DNA of 32,993 bases, from positions 1-32,993 of the forward strand of contig CAYOTH010000001.1 of NCBI GenBank assembly GCA_964406835.1, in the 5' to 3' direction. This document shows, in pieces, positions 18,489 to 24,990 of the stretch. Positions within the stretch are counted from its first letter, which is position 1. The number at the start of each line of letters is the position of its first letter. The position numbers were made by a program, and so were the translations under genes. The stretch is from an uncultured Oscillospiraceae bacterium (lineage in GTDB: Bacteria; Bacillota; Clostridia; Christensenellales; Aristaeellaceae). The notes beneath the pieces were generated by a model, which saw only the letters and a list, made by a program, of their open reading frames with translations, made no database searches and was not told the DNA's origin.

Positions 18489-20426
18489 ATGAAACGTAAA
18501 ATTCTCGCGATACTGCTCAGTGCTGTGATGGCGATGACGGCTTGCCCGTTCGCTTTCGCCGAGTCGCAGGACGTCTTTACGCCCACCCCCGCGCCCGAGG
18601 CCACGCCTGCCGTGACCCAGAGCGAAGCCCCGACTGATACCCCTGCCGCGACTGCCGACAGCACCGAGGCCGCGCCGTCTGACACCCCCGCCGCGACCAT
18701 CGAGGCGACTGCCACAGCGACGGCTACTGCTACGGCGACCGCGACGGCTACTGCTACTGCTACTGCTACGGCCACCGCGACTGCCGAAGCCACGGCGACT
18801 GCCAACGTGACTGAGGTTCCGACCGAAGTTCCGACTGAAGTTCCGACTGAGGTTCCGACTGAAGTTCCGACTGAGGTTCCGACCGAGGAGCCCACGGCCA
18901 CGCCTGATGTGCTGACCGCGACGCTGAGCGCTGACCGCGCGTCCGTGCTGGCCGGTGAAAAGGATATGATTAACCTCACGCTGTGCGTGACCGGCGGCGT
19001 TACGCCTTATCGCGTGACTCTGGCCAGTGCGCAGGGCGATGTTGTGCTTTCCAGCGAAACGCTCGACCTGGACACCGCGGGCGACTTGGGCTGGATTGCC
19101 GCGCCTGCTTCAGCGGCCAGAACGCAGCGCCTGAGCGCGCACGTCGTGGATGCGCTGGGCGTGTCGGTCGATGTGGCGCTTGAGCTGCCCGTGGCCGAGC
19201 GCATGAGCGGCGAGGATTTTGCCGCGACGGTGTGTTCCGTCGAGCTGACCGGCGACTGGGCGGCTGACCTGCTCGCTATCGCCGAAACGCAGATCGGCTA
19301 TCACGAGAGCGAAACTTCCTATAAGATCGACGCCGCGGGCAAGCTGCACGGCTACACTCGTTACGGCGCGTGGTACGGCAGCAGCTATGCCGAATGGTGC
19401 GGCATGTTCGTCTCCTTCTGCCTGAACTACGCCAACATCCCCGAGGCCGATTTCCCGCGCGAGGCCAACTGCGCCAACTGGCGCGCCGCGCTGGAGCGCA
19501 TCGCCATCTATGAGGACGACGAGGACACCTATGTCCCCGCGCCCGGCGACCTGATCTTCTTCGACATCACCGGCGAAACCAACGAGCCCGGCCACGTCGG
19601 CATCGTGGCGCGCGTTGACGCGGAGAAGGTCTACACCATCGAGGGCAATCAGGGCCGCGCCGTCCGCGAGCTGGAATACAAGCTGGACGACAAGACCATC
19701 GTCGGCTATGCCAACATGAGCAAGGCCGTGGCGCGCGCCGCTGTCAAGGACGCGACCAGCCAGCCCGCCGAAACTGACTACACCGCCATTGCGGGCCGCA
19801 CCGCCATCGTGACCGGCGACAAGGTCAACATCCGCGCCGCCGCCACCACCGAGAGCGACATCGTCGCGCGCACCGGCGTCAAGGGCGAAACCGTGACCGT
19901 GCTCGCTGCGGAGGACGTGGACGGCACGCTCTGGTTCAAGGTGGAATATGGCGAGGCTGTGGGCTATATCCGTGCTGACTTCCTCTATATCGAAGCCGCC
20001 ACCCCCGCCCCGACTGCCGAATCCACCCCCGAACCCACCGAGGAACCCACCGCCGAGCCGACTGAGGAGCCGACCCTTGAGCCGACGGCCGAGCCGTTCA
20101 CCCATGCGGAAGGCTGTACCGGCGAGGACTGCACCGGCGAAACCTGCGCCTGCGCGTGCCATGTGAAGAGCTTGTACGAGCGCATCATGGCCTGCGAGAC
20201 GCTGGAGGAGCTGGAGCTGGTGGCCAATGAGGCGACGGAGGAGGAAATCGACGCGCTGACCGAGGACGAGCTGATCGCCATCAACGCCAAGTTTGACGCG
20301 CTGATGCCCGAGCCGCAGCCGCCGGTCGTGTTCGAGGAATCCGACCCGATTGTTGAAAGCGAAATCTATGTGCCCACCGTCAATTATACCAATGTGGCGC
20401 CCTTTGGCGCGCCCGTCGAGGGTTGA
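18489..20426 (+). CDS. Secreted multidomain protein: Ala-Thr and EVPT repeats, CHAP amidase/peptidase domain, SH3b domain, PT-rich linker, Cys-rich segment and acidic tail
   Basis: Signal peptide MKRKILAILLSAVMAMTACPFAFA. CHAP-like motifs YAEWCGMFVSFCL (Cys) and EPGHVGIVARV...YTIEGNQ (His). SH3b-like segment VTGDKVNIRAAATTESDIVARTGVKGETVTVL...LWFKVEYGEAVGYIRADFLY. Cys-rich segment HAEGCTGEDCTGETCACACH. Confidence 0.75.
   Translation: MKRKILAILLSAVMAMTACPFAFAESQDVFTPTPAPEATPAVTQSEAPTDTPAATADSTEAAPSDTPAATIEATATATATATATATATATATATATATAEATATANVTEVPTEVPTEVPTEVPTEVPTEVPTEEPTATPDVLTATLSADRASVLAGEKDMINLTLCVTGGVTPYRVTLASAQGDVVLSSETLDLDTAGDLGWIAAPASAARTQRLSAHVVDALGVSVDVALELPVAERMSGEDFAATVCSVELTGDWAADLLAIAETQIGYHESETSYKIDAAGKLHGYTRYGAWYGSSYAEWCGMFVSFCLNYANIPEADFPREANCANWRAALERIAIYEDDEDTYVPAPGDLIFFDITGETNEPGHVGIVARVDAEKVYTIEGNQGRAVRELEYKLDDKTIVGYANMSKAVARAAVKDATSQPAETDYTAIAGRTAIVTGDKVNIRAAATTESDIVARTGVKGETVTVLAAEDVDGTLWFKVEYGEAVGYIRADFLYIEAATPAPTAESTPEPTEEPTAEPTEEPTLEPTAEPFTHAEGCTGEDCTGETCACACHVKSLYERIMACETLEELELVANEATEEEIDALTEDELIAINAKFDALMPEPQPPVVFEESDPIVESEIYVPTVNYTNVAPFGAPVEG
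18705..18803 (+). repeat. Coding hexanucleotide (GCN-ACN) repeat giving about 13 Ala-Thr dipeptides, then AEATATA
   Basis: 27 consecutive alternating Ala/Thr codons were counted from 18705 to 18785. A short second run follows one Glu codon. Confidence 0.9.
18813..18884 (+). repeat. Six tandem 12-bp repeats (gaRgttccgacY) encoding (EVPT)x6
   Basis: Read directly from the sequence. Copies differ only at synonymous third positions. Confidence 0.9.
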
Positions 20427-20437
20427 GGAGGCAGAGT

Positions 20438-23400
20438 ATGAAAAGAGTCAAATTTTTGTCCGTGCTGCTGTGCCTGGCGCTGCTGGCTTCCATGCCGGCT
20501 GCGCCCGCGCTGGCGGCGGAAGGCGGCAATGACGGCATGGTCGTCAACAAGACAGCTGTCTATAATGACGCAACCAAAGACTACACCATCACGCTGGAGG
20601 CCTATGCCACCGGTTCGAAGGTGATTTCGTCCGTGAGCCAGGACGTTCCCACCGACATCATTCTCGTGCTGGACCAGTCGGGATCGATGGCGAACGATAT
20701 GGGCACGGTCAGCTTTAAAGAGTATAGTGGAAATGATATAAAGAACAGTAACCTCTACAGCAAGCGTCATAATGGCGGAGATGCTAATCTGTGGTATAAG
20801 TTGTCTGATGGTTCGTATGTGTCGGTTAATGTGACGAAGACAACGACGTATAAAGAACTCGGCACCGATTATGTGAACTATAAATATCGGAATCGGCAGG
20901 TAACTAGCGATTGCTACTATTACTATAAGGATAACCTCTATGAATTTGTTGACGGCGAATATAAGAAGGTAACTGTTACTCGGCAAGAGGAATGGGGGGG
21001 GGGTTCTTATACATATACATATACATTTGCTGATGGAAGCCAAGACAAGATTTATGGAAATAATGAAAAACCGATAGATTCGGACGAATTTAAAAAACAT
21101 GCCCCGCTTTATACGCCTAATGCAGATGACAGCAACACGGTCTATACTTATACGTATACTTTGAATGGTAAGACTGAAACTATTGGTACATCTACGGGTA
21201 AGGATAATCCCTTTACTACAGTGAAGTTGTATTCGCGAACGGTCAGTTCCTCTGGCGGCGGTAAGCGTTTGGATGTGCTGATGTCTGCGGCAAAGAACTT
21301 TGCAGATTCTGTTGCTAAAAAAGCAGAAGGGGCAGATGGAAAAATAGGCACAACGGATGACGTTGATCATCGCATTGCTGTTGTTGGATTTGCCTCAAAC
21401 ACAACAACGTATGAAAATACTGAGGTTTTGACTGGATGTACAATTAGCGAAGGAGCTGCGTATAACCCTAATTATCTAGTTAATAATAAGTATAATTATT
21501 ATTATCCGCAGGGTAATTCCATGCTTGGTGTACAGTATGGCAGTGAAAACATTGTGAATGCCTATAAGAATGCATTTCAGAGCATGAAAACGGATACGGG
21601 AAAGACCAATGTTATCACGGCGCTGAATGCTTTGACTGCCCAGGGCGGTACGCAGACCGATCATGGTCTGGATATGGCAAACAAGATATTTGAAAATAAT
21701 CCGATTCCGGCAAATGAAACTCGCAATCGCGTCGTGGTTGTCTTTACAGATGGTATCCCGACAGGCAATAGTTCAATCTATAATTCAACTGTTGCGGGAA
21801 ATGCGATTACCAATGCCAACAAAGCGCGAGATAGCTATGGCGCGACGGTTTACACCATTGGTATTTTCAGCGGTGCGGATGCGACAAAGGCGGGCAGCAC
21901 TACTACCAGTTCTGAGGCGGACAAGGGTAACTACGTTTGCCAGCAGATTTCCAATAACAAGGGCACGCCCCAGTCTCCCAGCTACTATCTCTCTGCTTCG
22001 GATGCCGGTTCGCTGAACAACATCTTCCAGCAGATTGCTGACCAGATAGAGAGCGGTAGTTCTTCCACCACGCTGGGTTCGGAAACGGTGATTAAGGACA
22101 TCATCGCGCCGCAGTTCACGCTGCCCGAGGGTGCGACAGCCGAGAATATCACGCTTGAAACCTATGCCTGCACGGGCAAGAGCGGCGATGAGTACACTTG
22201 GAAGAAGAACGTTGATGCCATGGGCGCAACGGCGACTGTTGATGCCCCAAATGGTAAGGTTGACGTGACCGGCTTCGACTTTGCGAAGAACTACGTTGCT
22301 GAGGTAAAGAAGGATGGCGGGGTCACTGGGTATAAGGGCCACAAGCTGGTGATTAAGTTCAACGTCAAGGCCAAGGATGGCTTCCTTGGCGGCAACGATG
22401 TTTACACCAACACCAGCGCGGGCGTGTATGAAAACAAAAACGCCACCGAACCGGTGAAGACCTTCCCCCGCCCGACGGTCAACGTGCCGATTAAGGACGT
22501 GAACGTGACGGCCGAGGATAAGAATGTGTACCTGACGAAGGTTCCGAGTGAGGCTGACCTGAAGACGGGTGTTATGATCAAGTGCGGTGATATTGACATT
22601 ACCGACCCCAACAAGCTGGCAGACTGGCAGAAGGCGTACGTTGATATTGATGGAACCATTACAACCACGACGAGTCCCGCGGACTTTGATGCCACTGCGG
22701 ACGGAACCTATACTGTAGGCGGTGTGACCGTGAAGCCGAAGACGGATGGCAGCACTGTGGGAACTAGTGGTGGCACGGCGAACGATATGAACGGCAAGAC
22801 CAACAGCGCGACGCAGAACATCTACGTCTTCAAGCCTGCTTTGACGTTCAAGGACAACACCGTGGACTACATGAGTGCGATTAATGGCACGAAATATGTG
22901 AGCGACAAGACGGAGACGACCTATGCTGCCGCCAACTATAATTCCACTGCAACCCAGTGGAAGCACGGCGATACGCTCAGCACAGGTACAGGTGTCACCA
23001 TGATCGGCCAAGCGCCCAATCTGAATCTGGCCTACACCACGACGAGCGGCGTTGATGATGGCAAGGTTACTTCTACGACGTATGTCCCGGTGAAGGTTAC
23101 TGTGGAAATCGGCACGGCCGACGTCACCAGCAGCACGACCTTCGCGCATGCGGGCTGCTCTGTGACCGGCTGCGAGTGGGGTACTGTGGAAAGTACGTTC
23201 CTGCTGCACGTCATCAACAAGTTCGCCGACCTGACGATCCAAAAGGAGGCGAAAGGCGTGGAGGCTGACCCCGGCCAGAGCTTCCTGTTCGAGATTACCG
23301 GCCCGAACGGCTACACGAACGAAGTGATTATCGTCGGCAACGGCTCCGTGACGATCAAGGATCTGCCGATCGGCGAGTATACCGTGACCGAGGACACCAA

Positions 23401-23587
23401 CTGGTCGTGGCGGTATACGCCAGAGGGCGGTAAAACGCAGACGAAACCGATAACTGCCGGCGGCGATAATACCGTGAAGTTCAAAAACATCCGCACGGAA
23501 GACAAGTGGCTGGACGGCAATACGAACACTGACAACGTGTTCACGAGCGGTGGGATTGTGAAGAATCCCACTGCGGCGACCAACTGA
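20438..23587 (+). CDS. Large secreted von Willebrand factor A (MIDAS) domain protein with Ig/CnaB-SpaA-like C-terminal domains; no sorting signal
   Basis: Start after GAGGAGG, signal peptide ...PAAPALAAEG. MIDAS elements: ILVLDQSGSM (DxSxS), GGTQTDHGL (Thr) and VVVVFTDGIPT (Asp). About 190 aa of Tyr-rich insert follow the DxSxS loop. The C-terminus (DLTIQKEAKG...LPIGEYTVTEDTNWSWRY) resembles SpaA/CnaB-type pilin domains. The protein ends ...KNPTAATN with no TM tail. Confidence 0.8.
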   Translation: MKRVKFLSVLLCLALLASMPAAPALAAEGGNDGMVVNKTAVYNDATKDYTITLEAYATGSKVISSVSQDVPTDIILVLDQSGSMANDMGTVSFKEYSGNDIKNSNLYSKRHNGGDANLWYKLSDGSYVSVNVTKTTTYKELGTDYVNYKYRNRQVTSDCYYYYKDNLYEFVDGEYKKVTVTRQEEWGGGSYTYTYTFADGSQDKIYGNNEKPIDSDEFKKHAPLYTPNADDSNTVYTYTYTLNGKTETIGTSTGKDNPFTTVKLYSRTVSSSGGGKRLDVLMSAAKNFADSVAKKAEGADGKIGTTDDVDHRIAVVGFASNTTTYENTEVLTGCTISEGAAYNPNYLVNNKYNYYYPQGNSMLGVQYGSENIVNAYKNAFQSMKTDTGKTNVITALNALTAQGGTQTDHGLDMANKIFENNPIPANETRNRVVVVFTDGIPTGNSSIYNSTVAGNAITNANKARDSYGATVYTIGIFSGADATKAGSTTTSSEADKGNYVCQQISNNKGTPQSPSYYLSASDAGSLNNIFQQIADQIESGSSSTTLGSETVIKDIIAPQFTLPEGATAENITLETYACTGKSGDEYTWKKNVDAMGATATVDAPNGKVDVTGFDFAKNYVAEVKKDGGVTGYKGHKLVIKFNVKAKDGFLGGNDVYTNTSAGVYENKNATEPVKTFPRPTVNVPIKDVNVTAEDKNVYLTKVPSEADLKTGVMIKCGDIDITDPNKLADWQKAYVDIDGTITTTTSPADFDATADGTYTVGGVTVKPKTDGSTVGTSGGTANDMNGKTNSATQNIYVFKPALTFKDNTVDYMSAINGTKYVSDKTETTYAAANYNSTATQWKHGDTLSTGTGVTMIGQAPNLNLAYTTTSGVDDGKVTSTTYVPVKVTVEIGTADVTSSTTFAHAGCSVTGCEWGTVESTFLLHVINKFADLTIQKEAKGVEADPGQSFLFEITGPNGYTNEVIIVGNGSVTIKDLPIGEYTVTEDTNWSWRYTPEGGKTQTKPITAGGDNTVKFKNIRTEDKWLDGNTNTDNVFTSGGIVKNPTAATN
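20994..21003 (+). repeat. G10 homopolymer inside the VWA gene (codons W-G-G-G)
   Basis: Ten consecutive G were counted across the 20991-21010 line break. The reading frame is currently open. Confidence 0.9.
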
Positions 23588-23602
23588 CGGAGGTGAGCGA
23601 GG

Positions 23603-24154
23603 ATGAAACGCAACAATAAGAAGATAATCCTGCTGGCCGTAAGTTTGCTGCTGGTGATGTTTGCGGCCATCGGCGGCACGGTTGCTTATCTGATCGACAC
23701 GACCGGCGAGGTCAAGAACACCTTCGTTCCGGCCAGCGTTCCGCCGGAGGTTGTCGAAGAGATTAAAGACAACGTCAAGAAGAACGTGGCCATCAAGAAC
23801 ACCGGCAATGTCGATGCGTATATCCGCGTGAAGGTGGTCGTGACGTGGAAGGATGCAAGCGGCAACGTCTATAAGGATGCGCCTAAAGTAATAACCGACT
23901 ACACTTGGACTGCTGGCGACAGCAAGTGGAAGCTGTATAACGATGGCTTCTACTACTACACCGAGCCGGTTCCGGCGGGCAAGAGTACGGCCGTCCTGTT
24001 CACCGACTGCGCGCCGAAACCGGGCAAGGCGCCCGAGGGTTATTCCCTCTCCGTGGATATTCATGCGCAGTCTGTGCAGGCTGAACCGGCCGATGTTGTT
24101 GAAAAGACGTGGGGCGTTAAAATCAGCGCAGGCAGCGATGAGGGCGAAAAGTAA
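23603..24154 (+). CDS. SipW-dependent-type signal peptide protein, TasA/camelysin-like (paralogue 5)
   Basis: N-terminus MKRNNKKIILLAVSLLLVMFAAIGGTVAYLIDTTGEVKNTFVPASVPPEVVEE, and later VKKNVAIKNTGNVDAYIRVKVV. RBS GGAGGTG. Confidence 0.8.
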   Translation: MKRNNKKIILLAVSLLLVMFAAIGGTVAYLIDTTGEVKNTFVPASVPPEVVEEIKDNVKKNVAIKNTGNVDAYIRVKVVVTWKDASGNVYKDAPKVITDYTWTAGDSKWKLYNDGFYYYTEPVPAGKSTAVLFTDCAPKPGKAPEGYSLSVDIHAQSVQAEPADVVEKTWGVKISAGSDEGEK

Positions 24155-24167
24155 AGGAGGCGTTCAT

Positions 24168-24794
24168 ATGAAACAGTTTTTGAAAGTATGCGGCGTGCTC
24201 CTGGTGGCGCTTGGACTGCTGTGCTCCAGCGCGCTGGCCGAGGATGCGGCGGTGCGCTATGAGGGCGGCGCGGAGAAATTCGTCTTCCTGCCCGGCAGTA
24301 TGCAATCCGACAGTGATCTTTTTGCCAACTTCAAGGATGTTCTGCCCGGCGATGTGATCGAGCAGAAGATCACCGTGAGCAACAAGACCGGCAAGCAGGT
24401 GCGTATTTATCTGCGTGCTGAGCCGGTGACCGAGGCCGACCGCGATTTCCTCAGCCAGCTGAAGCTGAACGTGAAATCCGGCTCCTCGGAGATCTTCGAG
24501 GGTGCGGCCAGCGAACAGGACGGCCTCGCCGAAAATACCCTGCTTGGTACGTTCAAGAAGGACGGCTCCGTCGAGCTGACGGCGACGCTTACCGTGCCGC
24601 ATGAGCTGGGCAATGCCTATATGGGCCGCGAAGGCACTGTGCCGTGGACGTTCCTCGTCGAGGAAATTCCCGTGGACGATACGCCGCAGACCGGCGACTG
24701 GTTCAGCCTGCCTGTGTGGGGTGCGCTGGCGGCGGCTGTGCTGCTGGCACTCGCGGCGGCTTTCGTGCTGAATCGACGCGCCCGCAAGGCCTGA
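24168..24794 (+). CDS. Cell-wall-anchored protein with ordinary Sec signal peptide, TasA-like core motif and C-terminal PQTG sorting signal
   Basis: Start after AAAGGAGG, signal peptide MKQFLKVCGVLLVALGLLCSSALA. Core motif DVLPGDVIEQKITVSNKTGKQVRIYLRAEP. The C-terminus is DDTPQTG (24681-24695), a hydrophobic stretch (WFSLPVWGALAAAVLLALAAAFVL) and a basic tail (NRRARKA). Confidence 0.75.
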   Translation: MKQFLKVCGVLLVALGLLCSSALAEDAAVRYEGGAEKFVFLPGSMQSDSDLFANFKDVLPGDVIEQKITVSNKTGKQVRIYLRAEPVTEADRDFLSQLKLNVKSGSSEIFEGAASEQDGLAENTLLGTFKKDGSVELTATLTVPHELGNAYMGREGTVPWTFLVEEIPVDDTPQTGDWFSLPVWGALAAAVLLALAAAFVLNRRARKA

Positions 24795-24803
24795 CACATT
24801 TTA

Positions 24804-24837
24804 CCGGGAGGGCAGTTCGCCTTCCCGGTTCTTTTTT
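24804..24837 (+). terminator. Rho-independent terminator between the anchored-protein gene and the sortase region
   Basis: ccgggaggg (24804-24812) pairs with ccttcccgg (24820-24828) with one G-U pair, followed by ttctttttt. Confidence 0.65.
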
Positions 24838-24847
24838 GAGGTGAAGC

Positions 24848-24988
24848 ATGAAGAAAAAACATAGGGGACGGTGGCTGATAGCGCTGCTTGGGCTGATTTT
24901 GGCCGTGATCGCCGCCGTGATTGTCTATAAAACACGCGAATATGCCGCCGGGAACGCGTTTTATGATTCCCTGCGCGGCGCGAGGTGA
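24848..24988 (+). CDS. 46-aa small membrane ORF resembling the N-terminal anchor of class B sortases
   Basis: Sequence MKKKHRGRWLIALLGLILAVIAAVIVYKTREYAAGNAFYDSLRGAR, with GAGGTG 4 nt upstream. Its TGA (24986-24988) lies 3 nt before the sortase ATG, in a different frame. It is below the ORF-track length cut-off. Confidence 0.4.
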   Translation: MKKKHRGRWLIALLGLILAVIAAVIVYKTREYAAGNAFYDSLRGAR

Positions 24989-24990
24989 CT

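Noticed and set aside
18705-18884. Short tandem DNA repeats that could be mistaken for a CRISPR-like or minisatellite array
   Set aside because: The repeat units are 6 and 12 bp, contiguous, without spacers and in-frame within a long ORF. They encode (AT)n and (EVPT)6 linkers, so they are coding low-complexity repeats, not CRISPR.
23561-23587. C-terminal ...KNPTAATN of the VWA protein as a possible SrtB-type (NPQTN-like) sorting signal
   Set aside because: The protein stops immediately after the motif, so there is no hydrophobic segment or basic tail. It cannot function as a canonical sorting signal.
21785-24064. 759-aa minus-strand ORF, plus similar long antisense ORFs at 7878..9098, 12144..13295, 13751..14917, 19110..20162, 20384..21370, 24961..26160 and 31037..32425
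   Set aside because: All overlap strongly supported genes on the opposite strand. They translate to Arg/Gly/His-rich low-complexity sequence without recognisable motifs, which is standard GC-rich frame shadowing.
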